Positions 1 through 8,263 of a stretch of DNA of 64,000 bases are shown one piece after another. A program made the translations under genes and the position numbers. Position 1 is the first letter of the stretch. Each line of letters begins with the position of its first letter. The notes below the pieces were generated by a model, which was not told the DNA's origin, did no database searches, and saw only the letters and a list, made by a program, of their open reading frames with translations. The stretch comes from a virus, in the IMG/VR virus record IMGVR_UViG_3300045988_154953; one strand, given 5' to 3'.

Positions 1-337
1 CGTTAATAACAATAATATCTTTTTGAGGAAATAAAAAATGTATTAGCTTTTCTTTCTTCTCTTGACTACAATTGCGAGAATTATTTACCAATGCTAATAC
101 ACCATTTTCTGTGAGAAAATTTTCTCCAGCATTATTTATTTTTCTAAATGACAATTCATTGACATCTGAATTTTTTACTTTTACTACCTGTTTTTCGGAG
201 AAGCCTCGAATACTACTTCTTACATCTGTAATACCAAGAATTTCACCGACATGTTTTGGATTAAACAAAACCTGTCCGTTCAATTCAAAAACTTCAACAT
301 CATTACCTTCGAACATCATTAAATTATTATTTGTCAT
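1..337 (-). CDS. BRO-N/ORF6N-like antirepressor-type DNA-binding protein, N-terminal part (gene runs off window start)
   Basis: Not in ORF track because there is no stop in the window. ATG at 337-335 (minus) is preceded by AGGAAGGA. Own translation MTNNNLMMFEGNDVEVFELNGQVLFNPKHVGEILGITDVRSSIRGF... resembles BRO-N/ORF6N N-terminal domains. Confidence 0.5.
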   Translation of the reverse strand, partial: MTNNNLMMFEGNDVEVFELNGQVLFNPKHVGEILGITDVRSSIRGFSEKQVVKVKNSDVNELSFRKINNAGENFLTENGVLALVNNSRNCSQEKKEKLIHFLFPQKDIIVIN

Positions 338-526
338 ATATATCCTTCCTGTCACACTAAAGTAAGTGAACCACTAAAAATAAATTGATAGTTATTTGCC
401 GATAACTCTACATTGTTATCTTACGTGGAATGGTCACGGCAATAACCATTCCTGAAAGGATATCATATGTATAATGATAATTTAGGATGTGTAATCATCC
501 CACGTAAAATAACAATTTACTTATTT

Positions 527-568
527 TATAAAAGAAGAGAGGATAGTAACTATTTAACAATCCTCTCT
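527..568 (-). terminator. Rho-independent terminator after the phosphoesterase gene
   Basis: 9-bp stem AGAGAGGAU/AUCCUCUCU (536-544 / 560-568), followed on the minus strand by a U-rich tract. Confidence 0.5.
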
Positions 569-576
569 AAATGTTT

Positions 577-1461
577 TTAATTTAAAGTTTTAATATGTGT
601 CTTATTTTCAATTAAATGTCCATCTTTATCAAGACAAATAATCATATATCCTTCTTTTTGAGAATTAATTAATTGTCCTTCGTTGTATCTCATTTTATTT
701 GTTTCACAACAACAACCTTGTTCATATATCATTGTATTTCCGATTTTATATGAGCCTACACGATGTGTATGAGACATTATCAATGATTTAAAATTAAAAC
801 CTTCATTCCTAAACCAATATAAAGCTTTTTCAGCAGTTTTTAATGGGCTGCTAGCAAACGCTTTTGGATGACAGAATAGAATATCTTTATATTGTGAATA
901 CCAAGTTCCGGTATATGTAATGTCTATATCTTCAAACACATCACATAATGAAGCATATTTAATTTTAGCTCTTGTTTTTCTATCGTAATGAGTAAAACCA
1001 TCTGTAAAAATATAATCCAATGCTGTTTCTGGCATTAATTCTTGTAATTCGTTATCAAGATTTTTAGCTAAATATGCACCTAATCGTAATTCATGATTAC
1101 CATGATTTACAAGTACTTCTTTTGGCTTTATCATTTCAATCAAATCAATGATATATTGTCTCGCTTGAATCATTTCTTCGAGTGGTGAAACTCTATATAA
1201 TTTTGAAAATTTTGATAATGACATACAATCTACTAAATCACCATTTAATTGCAGCACATCAATTTTTCCACTATATTTTTCAAATACATCTAATGGTTTA
1301 GCAAATGGAACATGTAAATCAGATATAGATAAGATAGTTGTGGTTACACCATCAAATCCATTGATATAATTATCATATTCTTCATATCCAACAGCCTGTT
1401 TCCTAAGTTGATCTGGCGTAATATTCAATCCTAGCATATCTCGAATTTCTACCCAATCCAT
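577..1461 (-). CDS. calcineurin-like metallophosphoesterase
   Basis: ORF track 577..1500 begins with TTG; the first ATG is M14 (MDWVEIRD) at 1461. Motifs: SDLHVP (DxH), NGDLVD (GD), NHGNHE (GNHE), SHTHRVG. Confidence 0.75.
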   Translation of the reverse strand: MDWVEIRDMLGLNITPDQLRKQAVGYEEYDNYINGFDGVTTTILSISDLHVPFAKPLDVFEKYSGKIDVLQLNGDLVDCMSLSKFSKLYRVSPLEEMIQARQYIIDLIEMIKPKEVLVNHGNHELRLGAYLAKNLDNELQELMPETALDYIFTDGFTHYDRKTRAKIKYASLCDVFEDIDITYTGTWYSQYKDILFCHPKAFASSPLKTAEKALYWFRNEGFNFKSLIMSHTHRVGSYKIGNTMIYEQGCCCETNKMRYNEGQLINSQKEGYMIICLDKDGHLIENKTHIKTLN

Positions 1462-1586
1462 ATCTGTTTCTCTACGTTTCTTCGCAAGGCAGCATCTCAA
1501 TTTCCATTCGAAATCTGTTTCATTTTCTAATCTGTGTAAATCTATAATAATATTTACCTGCTTTCCTTTTATCTCTAATTTCCTAA

Positions 1587-1618
1587 TAAAAAAATAGAAG
1601 AGTAGTTGCCTACTCTTC
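1587..1618 (-). terminator. Rho-independent terminator overlapping the stop of 1610..1810
   Basis: Stem GAAGAGUAG/CUACUCUUC (1597-1605 / 1610-1618), loop of 4 nt, then a run of 7 U on the minus strand. Confidence 0.6.
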
Positions 1619-1810
1619 CTCGTTCACATCAATCTCAATAAGTTCTTCTTCTTTTGTTGTGGTTGAAATATCAAAGTATTTATCACCAAATGCTTTATGT
1701 AAATATTTCTCAAGTTCAACGATTTCACCATCTTCATTTACAAGTGTATCTCCTTCAAAATGAAGTGCCTTTAAGCGACTGTCTAACTTCGTAGTTTTTT
1801 TAATTTCCAT
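1610..1810 (-). CDS. hypothetical protein (small, acidic)
   Basis: ORF track; co-oriented with neighbours; terminator immediately downstream; no motif recognised. Confidence 0.55.
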   Translation of the reverse strand: MEIKKTTKLDSRLKALHFEGDTLVNEDGEIVELEKYLHKAFGDKYFDISTTTKEEELIEIDVNEEE

Positions 1811-1880
1811 AGATTTTATCTCCTTTTAATTCAATTTTATTTTTATCTAATTGTTTATCTTTAGAGAATTTTACACACGA

Positions 1881-2495
1881 TTAAAAAATATCATCAAGTG
1901 TATAATCTTCACCGATGATATGATCAACGCAGCCAAGCTCTTTAGCTTCATCTGCATACATATAAAATTCTCTGTCTAAATGATCATTATAAAATGCTTC
2001 TGTCATAGAAGTATATTTTAATACATGTTGTTTAGTTCTATTATCCATATTCTCGAAGAATCGAGCAATATCTTTAAATTTACCACCAGAAGATGCAGCA
2101 GATTGTTCACCATCATGCATCAAAAAAATAGTATCTTTAAAAGATATACGTTCTTTACAAGCAATATAAATATGAAATGCCATACTTGCGACTAAACCAA
2201 TTCCAACAGCCACAATAGGTGTTTTAGATTGTTCAATGCAATTTACCATTCCACCGAAGCCAATCATCATATCTCCACCTGGACTATTCAAAATTAAAGT
2301 GATCTTACGTCTTTTGGATGGATCAATATCTTTATCTTCACGATTCCATTTCATGATATATAAAATATAATTTTCAATAACACAATCATTTACTTCATCA
2401 TTAAAAATAAGTACACGATTGCTCAAATTCTCTCTAATAACTTCATCATATAAGTCATTATTTCCTGTGCCAACTAATTGCATTAAATCTGGCAT
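1881..2495 (-). CDS. ClpP-family (S14) serine protease
   Basis: LNSPGGDMMIGFG (ClpP INSPGG motif), VASMAFHI (catalytic Ser context), FLMHDG (His context). Confidence 0.75.
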   Translation of the reverse strand: MPDLMQLVGTGNNDLYDEVIRENLSNRVLIFNDEVNDCVIENYILYIMKWNREDKDIDPSKRRKITLILNSPGGDMMIGFGGMVNCIEQSKTPIVAVGIGLVASMAFHIYIACKERISFKDTIFLMHDGEQSAASSGGKFKDIARFFENMDNRTKQHVLKYTSMTEAFYNDHLDREFYMYADEAKELGCVDHIIGEDYTLDDIF

Positions 2496-2539
2496 GTATT
2501 TTCTCCTTTTAATTTCTAAGCGAATAACTCACTTCATAT

Positions 2540-3778
2540 TTAATCTAATAAATCAGCCATAGCAGCTGTTTCACTACGTTCTGTTTTCTGTAATTGAACA
2601 TACCCAAACTTCTCATGTCCAGCTAATTTCTGAACAGTTGACATCAATCCATTATTCATTCTAAAGAGAGCAGAGTCAGTCTGCTTAAAATCTCCGTTAA
2701 TCCATAACGCAGAACCTTCACCAACTCTACCAATTAATAATTGAACATGTTCTTTTGTAAGATTTTCTGCCTCGCTAACATAAATAATTGTATTTTTAAT
2801 ATCTCTACCACGGATATATCCTAAGTGTTCAACTTCAATTGTTCCTGCCATCATTTGCATCTCAAGACCAGTTTCTCCACCAAGATGATCAGCTAACGGC
2901 ATAGCATAAGGCAACAGTTTTTCAAGTTTTGACCCAGGTAAAAATCCTAATTCATTGGCATCTTTTACACCAATAGCATTACGAATATAAAGGAGTTTAT
3001 CAAATTTTCCTTCATCGATTAATTTCAACGCATTGGCAATCATTAAATAGTCTTTACCACTTCCAAATTTTCCTGAAATTACTTTGATTGTCACATCTTT
3101 ATCTTGAAGCATGTTAAACGCTAATACTTGATGTGGATTTCTAGGTTTAATCTTACCCATATAATGACTATTAATAGTTTTGTATGATACAACTACATAC
3201 TCTTCTCCATTCCATTTTCTATAATCAACAACTTCACCATCGAATTTGCGGATAATTAAATACTCATTGAGAATAGAATCATAAATATTTTCTTTAGTAT
3301 GCAAATAAAAATAACTCATTTCTTCATCAGAAAGAGTTACGTCCTTATAGCCTTTATATTCATCTATATTTTTTACTAAGTTAATCTCAGTTACACTTTT
3401 GGTTGGTAAATTAAAAACGTTGCTAGAAATAAAAGAACAATTCAAATCGTCTGTACAAACAATAATAGGAGATGTGTTTTCATTATAATAAGATGCTGCT
3501 GCCAAAATAATATTATCTGGTGTTTCATCTAAATATAAATTTTCAACAATATCCTTAATAGCTTTTGTTGTAGGAACAACTGTATACAATCCAACATGTT
3601 CTTTCAACAATCTAGCAATAGCTCGTGCTTGATATTTTACTTCGCCATCTTTTCTGGCAGAAGTTTTAATATTCTCAATTTCTTCAAGTGTTTTTTGTGA
3701 TATTACAAATGGCTCTTTAAACGCTTCCTTTTGTAAAGTTAATAGAGCATTAGTATCTAGGAATAAGGTATATTCCAA
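2540..3778 (-). CDS. PIN domain + PhoH-like NTPase (YlaK-type)
   Basis: N-terminus LFLDTNALL (PIN). C-terminus GKFGSGKDYL, GFLPGSKLEKLLPY, HLGYIRGRD, VSEAENLT, INGDFKQTD (PhoH motifs). The track start at 3790 is GTG. I prefer TTG at 3778, 8 nt after AAAGGTGG. Confidence 0.75.
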   Translation of the reverse strand: MEYTLFLDTNALLTLQKEAFKEPFVISQKTLEEIENIKTSARKDGEVKYQARAIARLLKEHVGLYTVVPTTKAIKDIVENLYLDETPDNIILAAASYYNENTSPIIVCTDDLNCSFISSNVFNLPTKSVTEINLVKNIDEYKGYKDVTLSDEEMSYFYLHTKENIYDSILNEYLIIRKFDGEVVDYRKWNGEEYVVVSYKTINSHYMGKIKPRNPHQVLAFNMLQDKDVTIKVISGKFGSGKDYLMIANALKLIDEGKFDKLLYIRNAIGVKDANELGFLPGSKLEKLLPYAMPLADHLGGETGLEMQMMAGTIEVEHLGYIRGRDIKNTIIYVSEAENLTKEHVQLLIGRVGEGSALWINGDFKQTDSALFRMNNGLMSTVQKLAGHEKFGYVQLQKTERSETAAMADLLD

Positions 3779-3796
3779 TATGAAAACCACCTTTCA

Positions 3797-4012
3797 TTAT
3801 TTTCTTCTCTTGTTTCTACGTTCAATCACATCTAATGCTTTTCTTGCATCTTCATCAGAAGAAATCTCTAATAGTGATCTCAGATTATACTCTGATTCAC
3901 AAAGATAATAGGTGGCATGTTTAGTGTGAGTCTTACTGATACCATTTTCCTTGTATCTCACACCATATTTTTCATTTAATTTTTTTGCAATTTCTTTTGA
4001 TATCTTGATCAA
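3797..4012 (-). CDS. hypothetical protein (basic C-terminus)
   Basis: ORF track; stop lies 19 nt upstream of the next start; no motif recognised. Confidence 0.5.
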   Translation of the reverse strand: MIKISKEIAKKLNEKYGVRYKENGISKTHTKHATYYLCESEYNLRSLLEISSDEDARKALDVIERRNKRRK

Positions 4013-4063
4013 AAATCTTTCCTCATTTCATTTATAAATTTCTCCAGAATAGGAGATTAGAAA

Positions 4064-4135
4064 CGGCCTCAACGGGAATCGAACCCGTCTTTCCAAAGTG
4101 ACAGTCTGGCGTACTAACCAATATACTATGAAGCC
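4064..4135 (-). tRNA. tRNA-Asp (anticodon GUC)
   Basis: Hand-folded cloverleaf: acceptor GGCUUCA/UGAGGCC, anticodon arm CCAGA-CUGUCAC-UUUGG, T arm ACGGG-UUCGAUU-CCCGU. No encoded CCA. Confidence 0.85.
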
Positions 4136-4203
4136 ATAACTGTACTTTTTATTGGAAAAGTACAAAACCAATTAATCATGCCAAAAAATAAAAACGAAAG
4201 GAT

Positions 4204-4275
4204 AGCACCACATGGGATTCGAACCCATCTCACCTGGTTGGAAGCCAAGTATACTAACCACTATACTAGTGGTGC
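4204..4275 (-). tRNA. tRNA-Gly (anticodon UCC)
   Basis: Acceptor GCACCAC/GUGGUGC, anticodon arm CUUGG-CUUCCAA-CCAGG, T arm AUGGG-UUCGAAU-CCCAU. Confidence 0.85.
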
Positions 4276-4415
4276 AATAACTAGTCGCTGTTTGATTTAA
4301 TAAGGATACACTGAAGATCCTAAACTATATTTGTTCACTTACTGTAGAATTAATATAACGTTTTTATTAATAATTTGATCAATGTTAAATTTGCTGTTAG
4401 CGACTAAAATAGCAA

Positions 4416-5213
4416 CTACTGATGAGCTGCGTTAGAAAGTTTCTTTACATATCTATTTTTTAACATTTCTTCGATTTGTTTATAAGTAAAATCCATACTA
4501 ATAAGACCTGTAACGATAGTTTCCACCTCTTCAACTTTTTTTAATTCAGATTCTGTAAAACTATCTCTTAAAGCGTCATTTGTTTTAACGTTTCTTTCTA
4601 ATCTAAGAGATTTTGCATCACACCCAAAAATAATGTCATAAATCATATTAGTATAATTAGGGTAAGCAAATTTTTTATTCTTACTTTCAGGAATATATCT
4701 TGAAATAGCAGATGTCATTCGTTTTCTTTCAATAATTCCAACTTCTCTTTGAATAGCCCATGATTTTCTATCAATTTCAGTCTTTTCTTCTATATTAAGA
4801 AGATAATTTCTGATTTTGGTTGCCAATAAATTACTTGTCATCAACATACCTATTCTAAGCAAAGATCGTTTAGTTAAAATGGTAAGACTTGATGCATAAG
4901 ATAGGCTAGGTTCATTTGAACCTGACCCCAATTCTTCCTTAAATTTCTTCAATTCTTGCCCTTTAAGTACAACCATACCATCTTCTTCGAATTCATCTCT
5001 ATTTCTCTTAATTAGAGTCTTCACAGTATCCATACTGCATTCATAATAATTAGCAGCTTGTTGTACAGTTACAATCATGTCATCTGTCAAATAAGGTATA
5101 ACCTTTATTTTGTCAAGAAAATCATAGGATATATTATTTAATGTTTCATTTCTTAACGTTTTACTTTCCGTATAAATTAGTTCTTTGTCATTTTGATTTT
5201 TCATATTTTTCAT
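4416..5213 (-). CDS. phage antirepressor-like DNA-binding protein (ORF6N/KilA-type features)
   Basis: AAGGAGG lies 8 nt upstream of the ATG. TILTKRSLLRIGMLMTSNLLATKIRNYLLNIEE resembles ORF6N/BRO-type helices. The family call is tentative. Confidence 0.45.
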   Translation of the reverse strand: MKNMKNQNDKELIYTESKTLRNETLNNISYDFLDKIKVIPYLTDDMIVTVQQAANYYECSMDTVKTLIKRNRDEFEEDGMVVLKGQELKKFKEELGSGSNEPSLSYASSLTILTKRSLLRIGMLMTSNLLATKIRNYLLNIEEKTEIDRKSWAIQREVGIIERKRMTSAISRYIPESKNKKFAYPNYTNMIYDIIFGCDAKSLRLERNVKTNDALRDSFTESELKKVEEVETIVTGLISMDFTYKQIEEMLKNRYVKKLSNAAHQ

Positions 5214-5493
5214 GAAAGAATCCTCCTTTATAAAATATTTATCATTGCTTTATGTGGAGCGACTGCGGTAACAATCGTTCCATAAAAAAGTTTATTTTAT
5301 GAACTATGGGTGATCACCCCACATAAAACAATGATTTATTTTAAAAATTAAAAGAACCATATCATTTAGATACAGTTCTTTACACCATCGTTATAATCTC
5401 TTCGATATTCATCTAACCGAGAGATACCTATCACCGATTCAATTTTATAAATATTACATACCAACTAATCGCCAAATTAATTATAGCTGTAAA

Positions 5494-5567
5494 TGGGTAT
5501 AAGTGGACTTGAACCACCGACTCACGATTTAAAAGACCGTTACTCTATCCAACTGAGTTACATACCC
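5494..5567 (-). tRNA. tRNA-Lys (anticodon UUU)
   Basis: Acceptor GGGUAUG/UAUACCC, D arm ACUC..GAGU, anticodon arm ACGGU-CUUUUAA-AUCGU, T arm GGUGG-UUCAAGU-CCACU. Confidence 0.85.
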
Positions 5568-6409
5568 AAAATAAAAAATCCCATGCATTACACATGAGAC
5601 TTTCATTCCTATTAGGCTGAGATATTTGACCTAACACGTTACCATCTGCTGCCGTTGGAGACAGTTCATCACACAGCCGATTAAACTGTAGGTAACAACG
5701 ACACTGATTTTGTGAAAATCAGCAAAAATCTTACAATGAGGTATTATAGATTTCCTTTTTGCACATCGTTCCTTGCGAGATTCAAAGATTGCAGTCTTTT
5801 ACGGTTGCACATATTCGTACTTCCTTACATGTCGCTTTGCGAGCTTCATGCATGTTCATATTACAGAACAATAAGTCGTTTATTTCCTCAAAGTTGCACA
5901 CACTTTTGCTTGTTAATATAAAATTATTTGAAATTAATGCTTTTAAATCTTTATTTAATTTTTCAATCATAAGAAAGTATGTACGTATTATGGATGATGA
6001 GGTGTACATTCGACCATTCGTGACTTTTGATCACGACCCAATCATCACCATCCTGGTCACTTTGCGAGTTTCCTTTAGACTATTCCAACTATCTTTCGAT
6101 TTGAGTCAGAAATGTCCAATTAATACAGCACTTGCTCTTGCGGAGTTTGCACCATAAAACAATCTTACCGTCCACCCATTTCTGAGTTTATTTATAGTAC
6201 TTTTTACATAATACCCGACCAACCATCATCCTCAGCGGATGCCCCAAGATTTTAGGTTGGAACGTTAGTAAGTATTGGTTTTCCGTCACCCTCTTTCGAG
6301 AGGCACTTTAGCACGAACACTAAGAATGCTTTATACGTGTCACCACGCTTATTTTCAGTCTAATATAGACTCTGGAACCGAAACCGTCCCAGCCTACAAA
6401 GTAGGAGAG
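5568..6409 (-). ncRNA. candidate large structured RNA embedded in the tRNA operon (GOLLD/ROOL-class or unclassified)
   Basis: 842 nt with no credible ORF, flanked on both sides by co-oriented tRNAs. GC-enriched relative to neighbouring genes. Contains many short helices, one capped by GAAA in minus sense, and a G-U pair that is valid only in minus sense. Boundaries are simply the tRNA ends. Confidence 0.45.
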
Positions 6410-6484
6410 TAGCGAGAGTTGGATTTGAACCAACATATGACACAGAGAATGAATCTGCCGAGTTACCAAATACTCTATCTCGCA
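6410..6484 (-). tRNA. tRNA with CAU anticodon (Met, fMet or Ile2-type), atypical
   Basis: U8-A9, D arm GAGU..ACUC, anticodon arm GCAGA-UUCAUUC-UCUGU, T arm GUUGG-UUCAAAU-CCAAC. Positions 1 and 72 are U-U, position 37 is U, and the variable region is 7 nt. Confidence 0.6.
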
Positions 6485-6486
6485 AA

Positions 6487-6580
6487 CGAAGAGAGCAGGA
6501 TTTGAACCTGCGGTACATAAACTTAATTTGTACGTCTGATTAGCAGTCAGATACGATAAACCAAACTCCGTCATCTCTTC
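6487..6580 (-). tRNA. tRNA-Ser (anticodon GCU), class II with long variable arm
   Basis: Acceptor GAAGAGA/UCUCUUC plus discriminator G, anticodon arm UCUGA-CUGCUAA-UCAGA, variable arm GUACA...UGUAC, T arm GCAGG-UUCAAAU-CCUGC. Confidence 0.85.
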
Positions 6581-6765
6581 TTATTTCCATAACAACACAA
6601 TCATTGTCCTGGATTTTATGTCTTCTATACTGCCCGTTTAGAGCTGTGTTTTCTATATCTCATATAGAAATGCTTAATATTACATAGTATGATGAATTAG
6701 TCATGTTGGAGGTTGAGGGATACTATATTTCTATAGTACCCCCATTATTCTTGAAAACGTATTGC

Positions 6766-7551
6766 CTATTTCTTAACTGTTTTAGCCTGCTTTAAACTAG
6801 CTGGGCCAAAACTACCATCAACTGATAATCCTTCTGCCTTTTGAAAAGCTTCAACTGCTGCTTTTGTCTTAGCTCCGAAAGATTTATCAACCTTGTCTTT
6901 GTAAACACCATACCACTGTAAAAATAATTGCAAATATTTAACCCGATCACCAGTATCACCTAACTTTAAACATCCCTTGGAAGGTAAAGTTGGAAATGTA
7001 CCATTATATGATCTCTTCTTAGAAATATTGCTTGTAATTGTCTTATTTTTGCGAATAAACCAAATACAATTAGTATCATAACGTAATGTTTCTGGACTGT
7101 AATAACCTGTACGTCCTCTAGCACCAGAATCTCTTACATATAACTTGCCATCTTTATAATCTGTAATAGCAATGAAATGACCACCTGATGTCCAGAAATT
7201 ATCTTTTCCGCCATTTTTAGTACCAACAACTAAAAAAATAGCCCACCAGTCACCAGTTGCATTTTTAATTTGATCCATAGCTTCATTCCAAATTGAACCA
7301 CCTTTATGTTCCGGTTTATAATATATTGAATTAAATCCATAATGTCGAATAGCATCTGTCATACCCGCTCGTGTTGTACCTGAAGAAGAGAAGTATCCCT
7401 GATCATATAACCAAGTGGCAGTTTTCTTTGGAGTAATGTTTGTATCTCTATTATATACAATAGAAGCTAAAGAACATGGGCCACATCCAGAAATTGGCAT
7501 AGAAACACCACATACTGTTCCCCATTGAGATTGAGTAAATGTCTTGCTCAT
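6766..7551 (-). CDS. endolysin: cysteine-peptidase-like N-terminal domain + PG_binding_1 C-terminal domain
   Basis: N-terminus SGCGPCSLASI with downstream GGHFIAI (Cys/His peptidase pattern). C-terminus LKLGDTGDRVKYLQLFL...FGAKTKAAVEAFQKAEGLSVDGSFGPASL is a typical peptidoglycan-binding repeat. Confidence 0.75.
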   Translation of the reverse strand: MSKTFTQSQWGTVCGVSMPISGCGPCSLASIVYNRDTNITPKKTATWLYDQGYFSSSGTTRAGMTDAIRHYGFNSIYYKPEHKGGSIWNEAMDQIKNATGDWWAIFLVVGTKNGGKDNFWTSGGHFIAITDYKDGKLYVRDSGARGRTGYYSPETLRYDTNCIWFIRKNKTITSNISKKRSYNGTFPTLPSKGCLKLGDTGDRVKYLQLFLQWYGVYKDKVDKSFGAKTKAAVEAFQKAEGLSVDGSFGPASLKQAKTVKK

Positions 7552-7664
7552 AGCTGCCTCCTTATAATAATAATAATAATATAAAATAGAAATGTGGAAT
7601 TAACCTATGACAGTTAATCCCACTAGATGATAAACATAAAAGAATTTATTTAGAATTTTATTGA

Positions 7665-7940
7665 TTAACCTTTAATATATTCCTTAACAATAGTACCGAA
7701 CTTACACTTTGGTGCCATATGAGCTGGTACAACAACAGCTTCACCTGTCTGAGGATTTCTTGCTGTTCTTTCTGCAACTTCCTTACCACTAAGTGTTACT
7801 GAGTCAATAATCTTTACGGACTCACCATTCTTCATTGCTTCATAAACAACTGACTGAACAGCGTCTAAAACTTCTCTTGCATCCTTCTGTGTAATTTTTG
7901 CTTCTGCGGCTACTGCCTTAATAAATTCTGATTTTGTCAT
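7665..7940 (-). CDS. HU/IHF-family DNA-binding protein
   Basis: MTKSEFIKAVAAEAKITQKDAREVLDAV...RTARNPQTGEAVVVPAHMAPKFK-like arm. ATG at 7940 follows AAAGGAG; the track start at 7964 is an upstream extension. Confidence 0.85.
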   Translation of the reverse strand: MTKSEFIKAVAAEAKITQKDAREVLDAVQSVVYEAMKNGESVKIIDSVTLSGKEVAERTARNPQTGEAVVVPAHMAPKCKFGTIVKEYIKG

Positions 7941-8008
7941 TTTAAATTTTCTCCTTTTTCTCAAAATATTTTTATTGTCTCTTCATGACAGAAGAGTACT
8001 TTTACATA

Positions 8009-8037
8009 ATAAAAAAGCCACATATAATGCCTGTGGC
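8009..8037 (-). terminator. Rho-independent terminator after the RNA polymerase gene
   Basis: Stem GCCACA/UGUGGC (8017-8037), followed on the minus strand by UUUUUU (8011-8016). Confidence 0.5.
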
Positions 8038-8263
8038 AAGGGCATAAAACAATATTGCAATTCCGTACTTATTCACGCATTGGAAATAGCGTGGATGGAC
8101 AACTTTTCTTCAAACAACTATTTAATCACATGTGTAATATTTTTTACCTAAAGGATTAACGTAGTGAAAAGTATTTCCCTCATACTACACACGAATTTTA
8201 ATATTAAAAAATTCCTTATTTTATATTGGATTTATTGTGATGAAATAAAATATTTACGGAAAA

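Noticed and set aside
72-365. 97-aa plus-strand ORF at the window start.
   Set aside because: It lies antisense to a well-supported minus-strand BRO-N-like gene with an RBS. It has low-complexity, Leu/Phe/Ser-rich composition typical of antisense frames in AT-rich DNA.
5712-6157. ORFs 5712..5921, 5759..6157 (+) and 5782..6009 (-) inside the tRNA-flanked segment.
   Set aside because: They have no RBS, mutually overlapping frames and low-complexity hydrophobic or basic sequences. I interpret the region as non-coding RNA.
6320-6574. 84-aa minus-strand ORF.
   Set aside because: It is almost entirely made of the tRNA(CAU) and tRNA-Ser genes.
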